Shown: piece after piece, positions 1 to 17,419 of the stretch
How the letters are laid out: each line of letters starts with the position of its first letter
Position numbering within the stretch: the stretch's first letter is position 1
Assembly (NCBI GenBank): GCA_964016885.1
Contig: OZ024765.1
Coordinates: forward strand, 14,880,001 to 14,944,000
Length of the DNA stretch: 64,000 nucleotides
Source of the DNA: Eledone cirrhosa
Lineage: Eukaryota
Direction of reading: 5' to 3'
Translations under genes and position numbers: made by a program
Notes under the pieces: generated by a model
What the model was told of the DNA's origin: nothing
Seen by the model: the letters and a program-made list of their open reading frames with translations, nothing else
Database searches by the model: none

Positions 1-1560
1 ACACAACGCGAAAACCCACAAGACAACGCTTCAACGGTTTGAACACAACGCTAATATACCGACAAGACAATTTGGGCGAAGAAATATGTCGGTTAAGTCT
101 AACCAGTACGTGAGTAATTTCGAAATATGAAGGATAAAAAGCAAAGTTTACCTCGGCGGGGTTTGAAAGACAACTCTAAAAGCAACGGAAATTTTTTTCT
201 GGTTTTATGAGAGCTACATTCCTAATTTTAATATATAGTTGCTAATTTAGGTACAAGACCGGTAATTTAGGTGAAGAAATATGTCGGTTAGGTCTAACCA
301 GTTCGTGAGTAATTTCGAAATACGAAGGATAAAAAGTAAAGTTTACCTCGGCAGGGTTTGAAACACAACGCGAAAACCAATGGAAAAAAATGTCTCTGGT
401 TTTATGAGAGTTCTACATTCCTACCTTTAATATATAGTCGCTAATTTAGGCAAATGAGCAGCGATCTAGAGTAAGAGGTGAGTTAGTTAAATCGAACCAG
501 TACATGATTGATATAGTGTCTTATTTTATTGAACTAAGAAGGATAAAAGCAAAGTTTACTTCGACTGGGTTTGAACATAACGTGAAAACCAACGAAAATT
601 AATTTCTCTGGTTTTATGAGAGCAACATTCCTAGCTTTAATATACAGTTCCTAATTTAGGTAAATGACCAGACATTTGGGAGAAGAAATATGTGGGTTAA
701 ATCTCATCAGTACGTGAGTAACTTCGAAGTACGAAGGATAAAAAGCAAAGTTTAACCTCGACGGGGTTTGAACACATGGCGAAAACCAACAGACAAAAAT
801 TCTCTGGTTTTATGAGAGTTATACATTGCTAACTTTATTATATGGTTGCTAATTTAGGCAAATGACCAGAAAATTGGGCAAAGAAATATGTCGGTTAAAT
901 CTAACCAGTAAGTGTGTGACTTCGAAGTACGAAGGATAAAATGCAAAGTTTACCTCGACGGGGTTTGAACACAAGGCGAAAACCAACAGACAAAAATTCT
1001 CTCGTTTTATGAGAGTTATACATTCCTAACTTTATTATATATTTCCTAATTTAGGTACAAGACCGGTAATTTAGGTGAAGAAATATGTCGGTTAGATGTA
1101 ACCAGTTCTTGATTGATATAGTGTTCTATTTTATCGAAATACGGAAGATGAAAGGCAAAGTCACCCTCAATGGGGTTTGAAAAACATCGTGAAAACGAAC
1201 GGAGAAATTATTTCTCTGATTTTATGAGATTTACATTCCTAACATTAATACATAGTTGCTAATTTAGCCACAAGACCGCCAATTTGTGTGAAGAAATATG
1301 TCGGTTAGGTCTAACTAGTACGTGAGTTACTTCGAAATACAAAGGATAAACAGCAAAGTTTACCTGGACGGGATTTGAACACAACGCGAAAACCAAGGGA
1401 AAAAATGTCTCTGGTTTTATGAGAGTTATACATTCCTAACTTTAATATATAGTCGCTAATTTAGGCAAATGAGCAGCAATCTAGAGTAAGAGGTAAGTTA
1501 GTTAAATAGAACCAGTACCTGATTGATATGGTGTCTTATTTTATCGAACTATGAAGGATG
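1..1560 (-). repeat. Tandem array (~8 units, ~195-213 bp) derived from the SINE central domain
   Basis: AAGGATAAAAAGCAAAGTTTACCTCG..GGGGTTTGAA recurs at ~131, 326, 539, 734, 932, 1145 and 1342. It is the reverse complement of the SINE segment GTTCAAATCCCGCCGAGGTTGACTTTGCCTTTCATCC seen at 16810. Confidence 0.8.
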
Positions 1561-1562
1561 AA

Positions 1563-1720
1563 ATAGGCGGCGAATTGACAGAGTCGTTAGAATATCAGAT
1601 AGAATGCTTTGTGGTACTCGTCCCGCCTCTTTGCGTTCAAATCCTACTGAGGTCAACTTTGTCTTTCATCCTTTCGAGGTCGATAAAAAAGAACCAGTCT
1701 AGTACTGGTGTCGATTCTTC
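1563..1720 (+). mobile_element. tRNA-derived SINE (octopus-type), diverged
   Basis: GGCGGCGAATTGACAGAGTCGTTAG head, GTTCAAATCC B-box-like motif and CTTTCATCCTTTCGAGGTCGATAAAA core; homologous to copies at 3.1, 16.7 and 20.1 kb. Confidence 0.8.
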
Positions 1721-1755
1721 CTCTATATTTCTTTCTCATTTCCACTCTCTCTCTT

Positions 1756-1811
<56 letters not shown>

Positions 1812-1815
<4 letters not shown>

Positions 1816-1868
1816 AACGAGTAGGACCTCGACGGCTGAGCTTAAGCCGTTTCGACGGCTAATTCTGA
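1812..1868 (-). mobile_element. Short arm of family D (hammerhead GAAA-half) element
   Basis: TAGGAACGAGTAGGACCTCGACGGCTGAGCTTAAGCCGTTTCGACGGCTAATTCTG matches 14515-14570 and abuts (TA)n. Confidence 0.85.
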
Positions 1869-2600
1869 ACACATCGCGAAAACAAACAGAAAAAAACGTT
1901 CTCTGCTTTTAGCAAATACGAAACATTCTTTGCAAATTAGAAATGTGTGTCATAGCTCTGGAATAGCGATGTATAAATGAATGTCCCTATTGTATATTTA
2001 ATAATATACTGTCTGTTTATTTAAAAGCATTTTGAAGGCATTTCGCTATGAATCGAATTGTAGCTAGGCCCGCAGCCGCTCTGTATGTTAATGAGTGTAA
2101 AAAGCTCATAAACATAATTCGTATTCTATAAGAATCCAGCTTCTACAGCTCACATAAAAAATAAAGGATATATAGCCTTGATAACCGCTAACGAGTGAGA
2201 AACGATCGTCGGTTATTTCCCTTTGTTTTTGCTGAAGCTAGGTATGTGACTCTGGTCTTCTCGGCCCTAGGACTACCTCCCTACTCACCACCATAGGCGC
2301 TGAGCTGGCCAGCCGCAGGTGTGAGGCTCGCGAGCTGAAATGGCTTTTTCCAGCGCGTCTCGCTTGCCGTCCAACGGGTAAACGCATTTCCCATTCTGTC
2401 CGCCGGGGCTGTGGCGAGGCCACCAATATGATTTACTGACTTGTCATTTTATCAGTCAGATGTTTTTTAGACATCAGCCAGTTGAATCTGAATCACTACC
2501 TTAAATTCATAGCAAAACGCCTTAAAAATATTTAAAAATAAACATACATGGCGTAAGACAGAACAAAGGAGAGGCACAACAACAAAGAAAAGAATCCCCA

Positions 2601-2643
2601 GTCACTGAAGAGGCCACAGAATGTGTGACGAAAGAACTTTGAC
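2601..2643 (+). ncRNA. Type I minimal hammerhead ribozyme (family A)
   Basis: gtca-CTGAAGA-ggccacagaatgtgtgac-GAAA-gaac-TT-tgac; helix I gtca/tgac. A second copy lies at 60707-60749 on the minus strand. Confidence 0.7.
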
Positions 2644-3124
2644 AATATATATACAATCATCTGGTTGTGGAACCAACCAACCAACCAACCGGAAATTTAT
2701 AAATGTATTATAATAAATAGAAGTGAAAGCATCTGGTGCGTGTGTTTCTTATTGGCAACATGACCCTCCCAAAGTATAACAATACAGTATTGTATTAACT
2801 ATGCAATACGTACATTCACAAAAAAGCAACAATATCAATACTTTCATTATTGTATCTTTCTGTCCGCTAATAAATCAATTTTTCGCAACGAGTCCTTATT
2901 CCCAGGCCTTGAATTGATTAGACGTTGGTGTTTCGATAACTTTCTTTACGATTGATTTCTAAAGTGAATACGGAAATTAAAGAGCCGTAAGAAAAATAAA
3001 CTGTTGATGTCTTATCGGGCAATCTACCGATTTTGCCTACCCACCAGCTTCCCCTCTCTCTCTCTCTCTGTCTCATATATATATATATATGCAGGGACAC
3101 ATATAGCCAATCATGATGTAATAG

Positions 3125-3300
3125 TTGTTTCTAATTTTGGCACAAGGCCAGCAAATTAACCAGTGCATTACTGGTACTTTATTTTATCGACCCCGTAAGG
3201 ATGAAAGGCAGAGTTAATCTCGGCAGGATTTGAACTCAGACTGGCAAGGGCTGTAACTCTATGCGTCAAAGCATGGCGTCCAACCCTCTACCGTCATGAC
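3125..3300 (-). mobile_element. tRNA-derived SINE copy
   Basis: TTTTATCGACCCCGTAAGGATGAAAGGCAGAGTTAATCTCGGCAGGATTTGAACTCAG is the reverse complement of the SINE core. Confidence 0.8.
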
Positions 3301-3467
3301 GTCCGACCCTCTACCTCATGATGTAATAGTAAGAAAAGCACTCGACGTTATGCAATTCATTCATTTTGATGTTGAATCTTGTTGGTGGTGCGAGAACGGA
3401 GTTAGTTATTATTGAGTAAAATGACAAGAGGCCGGACTGGTGAAATTCCTTCCAAGATTTATTTCAG

Positions 3468-3530
3468 CAAACACTATGTACATTTTAGAGGCCAAGTTCC
3501 GTAAAATCCTGGTGACATCATCAGGTGTTT
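3468..3530 (-). ncRNA. Degenerate hammerhead (family B; GAAA mutated to AAAA)
   Basis: Reverse complement reads aaacac-CTGATGA-tgtcaccaggattttacggaacttggcctct-AAAA-tgtaca-TA-gtgttt; flanks are homologous to 10793-10900. Confidence 0.65.
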
Positions 3531-3654
3531 ATTGCATAATAGTTTTATAATAAAGGAATAATGGTAAACACAATCCAAGAGGCTAAAAACACATAGTAAA
3601 ATGTATTTGACTCGAAGGCGATCAAGAGGGTCGGTTGTTGTCAGTTTAGCTGAG

Positions 3655-6525
<2,871 letters not shown>

Positions 6526-6698
6526 CAAGTATTAAACAACATATTTACATAAATCTAAAACATCAAGTGTAAATAATGAAAAAATTCGAAAAATTAATGG
6601 AATAATGAAATAAAAATGTATTAGCCTTATTAGTGTCATGACACCATTGTATAGAGTGGAGAAAATAGAACGATGTAGTAGCATACGATATATATACA

Positions 6699-6734
<36 letters not shown>

Positions 6735-7281
6735 AACCAGAGGTATATGATCTTTAAACCGATGAAATACCAATGAAGGCTTTTTACTCATATGTAACCC
6801 ATTTGCAACAACGAAGCACGCCATCTTTTCATATATTTATATATTTTACTCCGCTGTGACCCGTCTGTTTCTTTCTTACTGCTTCTCCTTTCTTTTTACC
6901 CCCTCTGCTTGTCACTCTCTAAGTTAGCCTCTTCCTCACACTTTCACTCACTCTCTGCTACTACCTCTCCATCACTTCCTCCCGTTTTACCTGTGTGAAA
7001 TCCTTATCTCGCTCACATTTCACCTAGGTTGGATGGTCTTTATCTCTCGTCTACGATTTCACAGAACTTAAGTTCATCGATTTCAGGGACTTGACTCTTT
7101 CTGCCTCACTTTTCGTTGCATTACCATCTTTGTTCGTCTACATGTCTCGCTCGTTTCACCCTATTTTACGTGTCCCAACGACTTTCTTTAGCCGTTGCTC
7201 GCACTAACCAGAGGTATATGATCTTTAAAGCGATGACATACCAATGAAGGCTGGAAGATCACTGATGGAAGACTAATTTTA

Positions 7282-7358
<77 letters not shown>

Positions 7359-7639
7359 ACCCTGTAAAATGAACTGCATAACTTTAAGCCAGGAACTTTT
7401 CAGCATCCCCTAGTATGTACAAATATCTGTCGTTGTACGTAAAAGAAGAGCATGATTTGCTGTCACTACCATCGTGCCACCTATGAGGCTGTGTCCCCCA
7501 TGAGTGCTTTGGAAACCACAAGCAGTAACTAATAGCAGGGGGCACAAGCTTTCCTATCCCGATGTCATCTATATATAATTAATATATATATATAATTAAT
7601 ATATATATTAATTATGGATTAAACAACACAATATAATTA

Positions 7640-7708
7640 TTCCATTACCCAAGGTTTCACGAAGTCAGACGATTCTAACAGGAACGTCTAGTTCGTTCAT
7701 CAGATGAA
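7640..7708 (-). ncRNA. Type I hammerhead ribozyme (family C)
   Basis: Reverse complement reads ttcat-CTGATGA-acgaa...ttcgt-GAAA-cc-ttg-gg-TA-atgga; helices I, II and III all pair. Related to 44502-44579. Confidence 0.8.
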
Positions 7709-7779
7709 GAAGTATCTATGTGATATATTGTGTTGTTTATTATATTATTAAATAGCTCTTATACCATACATAGAACACT

Positions 7780-7843
<64 letters not shown>

Positions 7844-8385
7844 ATGTATGTTATGTCAGGTTGCTCTCGAGTGCTGTTGATAACATGTAACCCAGTACAA
7901 CCCGTCTCATGGTCGCGTCGTAGGCGACTAAACCGGCAACCCCACCAAGCTTGCTTGGTGAGGAGGGTGATATTTGGACACCCTGCGGGATGAAATACAT
8001 GACCCGGTAAAGGGCAGAGGCACACAGCAGAGCCAACGTCCATCCAAATATATATACATATTTTTTTTTTTTTCCACCTGAGAGTGAAAGGCCCCCAATT
8101 GTTGTCACAACACTAGGAGAGGGAAACTCTGAAAAAAGAAACCTGCGGCTTCGGAACCATTCAATGATGTTGACTAGTTCTCCTTTTCGGGTAGTGTTTT
8201 CGATGCTCAGAGAGTGCTATTGGTCGACTTCAAGTCCTTTCCCCATTAAGAAAAAACCCTTCAAAGCACAGGCATTGCTTGTTCAGGATATGTTACAGGT
8301 TCGTCTGTCTGGCCGTACCCTAAAAGTGCACCAAACTCTATAATCAACAAGCGGCGATTGCAATACTCTTAGTAGAATTTGCAAC

Positions 8386-8464
<79 letters not shown>

Positions 8465-8749
8465 AATTCCAAAGGAAAAGCAAAGGAAAAAAGTGTGTGC
8501 TCTTTGTATAGAACAGAGTTATTTAATTAGCTATCTAATTAAATATATATATATATGTATATATAAATACAGACAGGTACACACGCGCACGCACATTCAC
8601 AAACATACGTTCATTTTATTAAGCCTACATATTGTGTCATTCTATCCTGGAGATTCGCCTGTTTTTCACATAGTCATCACTATAACATGAACATTAAAAC
8701 ACTTCTTCAGTATTGAGTGCTACTTCTCTCAACCGCCAACCACATACGG

Positions 8750-8799
<50 letters not shown>

Positions 8800-9085
8800 T
8801 TATGAATAAATTGAGTCTCTTATGATGCTCATGAATTACGAGGTCTTTATTGCAATTCACCTTCATTCTAGATCACTTCTAGCTTTGGTCTGTCCTGACG
8901 ATGTTGTTGTTGTTGTTGTTCCTTACTGTATATGAGGTATTTGTTGTGGTGGTTACTGTTGTCGTAGTGTTCAGATGTGTTGTTGTTATTGATGTTTTTT
9001 TTACGATTATTGCAGTTATTTCCGCTGTTTTTTTTATTATGTACAATCGCACGAAGACCGTAAATATATACACACACACACTCAC

Positions 9086-9132
<47 letters not shown>

Positions 9133-9243
9133 ATACCACACACGTAGAGACATATAAGTAAATATATATATATGTATATATATATATATGGGTATATATA
9201 CAATCATGTATACATATACATATATATATATTTTATATACATA

Positions 9244-9320
<77 letters not shown>

Positions 9321-9470
9321 GTGTGTGTGTGTGTGTATATATGTGTGCCAGTGTGTGTCTGCTAAGAAGTAACAATCTCTCTTGGAATAACTATGAAGAA
9401 ACAATAAAAATAAAGACGGAAGCGAGAAACATAAGTAGAACACGCACCCATGCTTAAACACCTACAAATA

Positions 9471-9519
<49 letters not shown>

Positions 9520-9553
9520 TTACATATATATGTATAAATGTACATGTAAATTC

Positions 9554-9585
<32 letters not shown>

Positions 9586-9794
9586 GTATATATGTTACTT
9601 ATATGTACATATATATATATACATATATATATATATGAATATATATATATATATACATAAATGTACATATATACATATATATATATATATATGTACATAT
9701 ATATATATGAATATATATATGTATGTATATATGAGTGTGTTCTGTTATTATTATTGGCAATAGTATTACAACAATATGACGCTCCCTAAGTATA

Positions 9795-9899
<105 letters not shown>

Positions 9900-9922
9900 G
9901 AACAAATATACACATAGATACA

Positions 9923-9961
<39 letters not shown>

Positions 9962-10094
9962 CCACCCCCATATATATATGGAGGCGGGTGTATTAGTCGG
10001 AATAAAAAGGTAGTGTACACATGTAAGAGATCAAATATATAGAGACGTTGGAACAATAAAAATTATAAAGAGAGTGAAACATCAGAACGAAGAC

Positions 10095-10550
10095 TTCTAG
10101 TAGTACTACACCACTATAATCTTGTACACCACACTACCACTACTACACTGCTCTATTGCTACACTCTACCACCACCCTTACTACTCTACACCAACACCAC
10201 CACTACCACTACTACACTGCTCTATTCCTACACTCTACCACCACCCTTACTACACTACACCACCACTACCATTACTAAACTGCTCTATTCCTACACTCTA
10301 CCACCACCCTTACTACACTACACCAACACCACCACTACCACTACTACACTGCATCACCACCATCACCACTACAACACCCCCCACCTCCATTACTGCACTC
10401 AACCACCACCACCACCACCACCACCATTACTAGACTCCACCGCCCCATCGTCACCATTACAACTCTCCACCATGGCACAGGACACCACCACCACCACCAC
10501 CACTACCACTACTACCAATACACCACCACCACCACTAAATCACCACTACA
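10095..10550. repeat. (CAC/TAC)-rich minisatellite, ~66-72 bp unit x ~3.5, followed by (CAC)n
   Basis: CTGCTCTATTSCTACACTCTACCACCACCCTTACTAC recurs at ~10148, 10217 and 10280. Confidence 0.85.
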
Positions 10551-10724
10551 TTTATGTATATATTTATTTGTGTATATATTTATATATATACATATTTTCT
10601 TTATTTATAAATATCAGCCCTTATTCGACATTTCTGTACAAGTTTGATATTTCACTTGTAAGAAACTAAGATTGGAGATGGAAGATGGCAGACAGTAAGA
10701 ATTCGATTAGCTTGTCTACCTGCT

Positions 10725-10782
<58 letters not shown>

Positions 10783-10786
<4 letters not shown>

Positions 10787-11197
10787 TAATGAAATGACAG
10801 GAGGCTGGATTTGTGTAAATCCTTGAAAGGTCTATTATACTCTGATCATTTCAATGACCGGGTTCCGTATGAATCCGGTGATATCATCAGGTATTCGAAA
10901 TATAATACGTGAATGTAATAGGTAAAATCCATGGGGCTGAAAATCGAGACCCGAGGGCGACCGCTATTCTATTCCTTCAACCTCAGCCGGTCGCCCTGGT
11001 TGAAGGAACAGAATAGTGGTCGCCCTCGGGTCTCGATTTTCAGCCCCATGGATTTTACCTATTACATTCACGTATTATATTTCGAATACCTGATGATATC
11101 ACCGGATTCATACGGAACCCGGTCATTGAAATGATCATAGTATAATAAACCTTTCAAGGATTTACACAAATCCAGCCTCCTGTCATTTCATTATAAT
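10783..11197. mobile_element. ~415 bp near-perfect palindrome (family B) flanked by (TA)n, with a hammerhead motif in each arm
   Basis: Arms of ~200 bp are reverse complements with few mismatches; loop at ~10983-10996; unpaired 3' extension to ~11335. Confidence 0.9.
11086..11143 (+). ncRNA. Type I hammerhead ribozyme (family B)
   Basis: atac-CTGATGA-tatcaccgg..ccggtcatt-GAAA-tgatca-TA-gtat; palindromic helix III ATGATCAT. The mirror copy 10837-10894 (-) has UH changed to GA. Confidence 0.8.
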
Positions 11198-11337
11198 ATT
11201 TAACTCCGTAATAGCACCAACCACTACAAAAACAAAGACGGTTGAACTGCTTTACGTTGAGTACTCTCTATATTATTGCATTACGATTGACCATACGGAA
11301 TAGACCAGCTCTATACAGTGGTGAACCTCAAACCTGA

Positions 11338-11388
<51 letters not shown>

Positions 11389-11395
<7 letters not shown>

Positions 11396-11899
11396 CCATA
11401 GAGATCCTTATTTGTTGGGTGTTCCCTCCAATACACATTTAAAGCAGCACGGGGCATACGTGTGTATGCCCCGTCTAGCTTTTTCTCCAGTTTCGACGTT
11501 AGCGTCCAAGTGATAGAGCCATAAACAAGCACAGATTCCACAGCAGCTCTGAAGAAATTCCTTTTCAGTTTGACCGGTAGGTTTGATTTCCATATTTTTT
11601 CCATTGCTTTCAATGCTCCCCAAGCTTTTTCCAGTCTGATGTTAACATCATGTTCTGTGGAGGCGATATAGCTACCCAAATATTTGAAGTCGTCAACATG
11701 CTTGATTATATCGCCGTTTAGACTTCGCATACCAACTGAGGAGTCTTGGATCAAGCAAATATATTCTGTTTTGCCTGCGTTGACATAGAGTCCGATTTCC
11801 TTTGCAACTGATTCGATACTGTGAAGTAGTGATGATGCATCCTTAAGATAGTCTGCGAGGACCGCTAAATCATCCGCATAGTCAGCATCGGCAATATAC
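11389..11899 (-). pseudogene. Non-LTR retrotransposon (RTE-like) reverse transcriptase fragment, inverted 5' part
   Basis: Reads YIADADYADDLAVLAD...GLYVNAGKTEY...DDFKYLGS...AWGAL...[16 protein letters not shown]...HPTNKDLYGNI (YADD and FKYLG motifs). Confidence 0.92.
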
Positions 11900-12160
11900 C
11901 ACCTATCAGTAGGTCAATACGTGGACAGAGCCTCAGATTTGCTGGCCACTGTTGGCACAGCTAGGAAGAAATAGCAGGTGATGTGTTGTTGTGGAGTCCA
12001 TCTCATGGAGCAAGAAACGCTGGTCGTCCCAAGAAGACATACGTTAAGCAACTTGAGGACGATACTGGATGCACTGCGGAAGAACTGGCAAACGCTATGA
12101 GAGACAGAGATGGATGGAGGAAACGTGTCGTAGAGAGCCGAGCAAGCTCGACCTGATGTG
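11889..12160 (+). pseudogene. 3' end of the same RTE-like LINE ORF
   Basis: GNIPPISRSIRGQSLRFAGHCWHS*EEIAGDVLLWSPSHGARNAGRPKKTYVKQLEDDTG...AMRDRDGWRKRV continues directly from ...DLYGNI of the minus-strand piece. Confidence 0.88.
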
Positions 12161-12266
12161 TTGTTATTTCTGGCAATATTATTACAACAATATGACCCTC
12201 CCCAAGTATAACATATATATATACACATCATCAGGTCGAGCTTCGTCGGCTTTCTGTTTGCTGATG

Positions 12267-12269
<3 letters not shown>

Positions 12270-12304
<35 letters not shown>

Positions 12305-12542
12305 TATACACATACCCGCACACATACATACACACATACATGCAGATACACAGACGCACATATACACACACGCATACACACACAAACATACATACACATA
12401 TCACACACGCAGACATACATGCACATACACACACGCACACATACATGCCCGCCCAGACATACACGCACACACATACACACGCACACAGGCTCACACAGAC
12501 ACACATACACAAATACACACACCTACAGACTCACACCCACAT

Positions 12543-12573
<31 letters not shown>

Positions 12574-12858
12574 CATACATACACGCACACATAAGGCCCA
12601 CAGACATACGCGCAAAAATATACACACGCACACATACATACACATACACACACGCTCACATAAGGCCAACCTACCCAGGCTCACACAGCCACACGCACAT
12701 ACACACACATCCATACATACACACACACACACACGTAAACACACACACAAACACACACAGACATACACACACATACATACACAAACAGACATACATACAC
12801 ATACATACATAAACATATACACACAAATACACACACACACACACACACACGCACATAA

Positions 12859-12909
<51 letters not shown>

Positions 12910-13266
12910 TATATATACACACACACACACACACATATATCCGTACACATTTATAGTCAGATTTTCTATAAAATCCAAAATGGCTGTAACGATTTTCCTT
13001 CTTTTGATTTGTTTGATTTTTTGATTTTTTCTTTTTGTGTGGAGAGACGACATTTTGTTTCGCGAGATTAAATCGAATGGAGATCGAATTTCAATAAATC
13101 TTTTCAAGACTGAAATTTGGAGACCGCCGCGATATTTCATATTATTGTTTAGAGCAAGAATTGTAATGATAGGAACACAACATCGATGTTTCTAGAAATT
13201 CTTTTAATGATTTCCGATTCGGTATCTTTAACTGAGTGTATGTATGTACGGAGAGTTGTCGTGGTG

Positions 13267-13327
<61 letters not shown>

Positions 13328-13512
13328 GTGTGGGTGTGGGTATTTATGTATATATGTGTCTATGTATGTGTGTGTGTGTGTGTGTATTTATGTGTTTACA
13401 TATACGTGTGTGTTTGTATAAATAAATTTATATATATATATATATATACATGAGTGTATGTGGGTATGCTTGTATAAATACATGTATATACATATATATA
13501 TATATATGTAAA

Positions 13513-13568
<56 letters not shown>

Positions 13569-13754
13569 AATATATATATACACCTATATACAAACATACA
13601 GATATATACATACTTATATATGTACATACAGATATATATGCATACGTATGCACATACAAAAAACAAACATATATATATACATACATACATATATATACAA
13701 ACACACACACCTATATACATACATACGGATGCACATACACACTGTTATATATAA

Positions 13755-13835
<81 letters not shown>

Positions 13836-13840
13836 TGTAT
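12270..13840. repeat. Degenerate (CA)n/(TA)n/(GT)n microsatellite blocks with a unique spacer at ~12945-13260
   Basis: Direct inspection. Confidence 0.9.
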
Positions 13841-14397
13841 CAGAAGATGTTCCGATACATGTAATGATGGTATGGAATTTAAATACGATTCTTAACTAAG
13901 AGCTAAGCTGTGTTGAAAATAAATTTCATGGCTTCTTGAAATTTAAATATCTAGAAATGTGAAACTTCAATATATTATGAAAGCTGATGCATTGCTGACT
14001 TTATTGTTGTTGTTTCCGTTGTTGCTGTATCATTTCTGACTATATTGGTGTTGTTATTGTTGTATTATTGTTGCTTGTATTGTTGTTGTTGTTGTTGTTG
14101 TTGGCTAGAGTTCAAGAATTGAGTTAAATTCAGCTAATATATAATTCCAGCTACAGTATCTCTTGTAAAAATAATAGCTAAATATATTCATTATTTATCT
14201 TCTTTACAATACAAGGCCGGTAAATTTTTGTGGAAGTGTGGCGCTGATTTGTGTGGCTGTGGGCTTAGTTGGTGGAAGGTGTGGGAGTTGGTTGGTGGAA
14301 GGTCGTGACCTAGTGGTAATGGTGTTAGACTGACAACCACATTGCTACAGTGGCAACGTTGTTAGACTGACAACCACATCGGTAAGATATTGGACTG

Positions 14398-14435
<38 letters not shown>

Positions 14436-14437
<2 letters not shown>

Positions 14438-14638
14438 CGAAGGAAATGTGGTAAGGAACCAGGTGGACCATAACGCACCAAAGTACTCAATACTTAGGGT
14501 AGTAGAGTGGGTAATAGGAACGAGTAGGACCCCGACGGCTGAGCTCAAGCCGTTTCGACGGCTAATTCTGGACTGAATCTAGTCCAGAATTAGCCGTCGA
14601 AACGGCTTGAGCTCAGCCGTCGGGGTCCTACTCGTTCC

Positions 14639-14641
<3 letters not shown>
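14436..14641. mobile_element. Family D fold-back element (long arm plus short inverted arm) in (TA)n
   Basis: Inverted repeat 14515-14640 centred on CTGGACTGAATCTAGTCCAG. Each arm carries GAAA-cggct..agccg-TC (hammerhead helix III plus GUC) but no CUGANGA. Confidence 0.9.
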
Positions 14642-14670
<29 letters not shown>

Positions 14671-14750
14671 TAGAAATCTAAAGAAATATATATATATATA
14701 TATATAAATCTCTCCCGCTATATATATATAAATCTCTCTCTTTCTCTCTC

Positions 14751-14834
<84 letters not shown>

Positions 14835-15287
14835 CGGATGACATACGCCATCAAAGCTTCCCGTTATCTTGATTGGTTAAAATTATAAAAGATGGAACAC
14901 TTTGTCATTCACACATAAACTTTATACGTTTGAAAAGTAGTGAGAAATTTTCAATTGTATGTATTTCAAAAGATTTACTTCTTACCACACCTGTATGATA
15001 CTATTATCGATTATCTGTCAGTGATTGACTTTGACCAGATATACTCTACATTTAACGACAGACTCTCTGAAATATGACAGACACTTCGAAATAGGAAAGT
15101 GACTCTGAGAGACTTTGGTGACATTTCTCCAACATTTAGACCCGAAAAAGTCATTTTAGTTGTCAGTTTTCTCATTCCGTTAAATCTGTCTGTTCTAGTA
15201 ATTTCTATATTTACGACCAATTCATTTATAATATTACATCAAACACAATTGACACAGACTCATACGTAGATACACAAACACACACAG

Positions 15288-16495
<1,208 letters not shown>

Positions 16496-16734
16496 CAGTA
16501 GTCAAACCTCCACCACAACAAAAGCTCCATTATATCCTAACCCATTGATATAAACATCTCCTGATCTCTATCTCTATGAACCAGTCAGCTATGAGAGAGG
16601 AGGCATGTACTGTCTTCCATACTTCATCTATACAGCGTACCTCGCAGTTTGGACATTATCGAACAATGGAACTCTTAGAATAAATCATTGCAGCGTTCCC
16701 ATACTTCAAACTGCCATCATTGCTACTACTACTA

Positions 16735-17210
16735 GGGCGGTGAATTGGCAGTATCATTAGAGGGTTGGACGCCGTTCTTTCTAGCATAGTTACGTCCCTT
16801 TACAGTCTGAGTTCAAATCCCGCCGAGGTTGACTTTGCCTTTCATCCTTACGGGATCGATAAAATAAAGTACCAGTAATGCACTGGGTAATTGCTGGCCT
16901 TGGGCCTAAAGTAGAAACAATTATTGCTACTACTACCTTTATGATCTGAGTTCAAATCCCGCCGAGGTTGACTTTGCCTTTCATCCTTACGGGGTCGATA
17001 AAATAAAGTACCAGTAATGCACTGGGTAATTGCTGGCCTTGGGCCTAAAGTAGAAACAATTATTGCTACTACTACCTTTATGATCTGAGTTCAAATCCCG
17101 CAGAGGTTGACTTTGCCTTTCATCCTTACGGGGTCGATAAAATAAAGTACCAGTAATGCACTGGGTAATTGCTGGCCTTGTGCCTAAAGTAGAAACAATT
17201 ATTGCTACTA
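16735..17210 (+). mobile_element. tRNA-derived SINE whose 3' ~138 bp is triplicated, followed by a (TAC)n tail
   Basis: GGGCGGTGAATTGGCAG head; TCTGAGTTCAAATCCCGCMGAGGTTGACTTTGCC at ~16806, 16945 and 17083. Confidence 0.85.
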
Positions 17211-17224
17211 CTGATAATACTACT

Positions 17225-17266
<42 letters not shown>

Positions 17267-17419
17267 GAAGCTACAGTTACTATTTCCACTAATAGTACTA
17301 CTATTGCTACCATTTCTCCTACTACTACCACTACTAATTCTACTACTACTAATACTATTATTTCTACTACTACTACTACTACTACTACTACTATTGCTAC
17401 CTCTTCTACTACTACTTTT

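Noticed and set aside
2180-2217. ATAACC..CTAACGA..GAAACGATCGTCGGTTAT hammerhead-like remnant
   Set aside because: Core mutated and helix II absent.
2238-2426. GC-rich 62-aa ORF
   Set aside because: No recognisable motif or splice context; identity unknown.
14436-14641. Palindromic elements as classical MITEs
   Set aside because: Arms are asymmetric, turning points vary among copies, and ribozyme parts are present; retro-origin fits better, though it is not proven.
16735-16830. tRNA gene
   Set aside because: A/B-box-like motifs belong to SINE heads; no cloverleaf.
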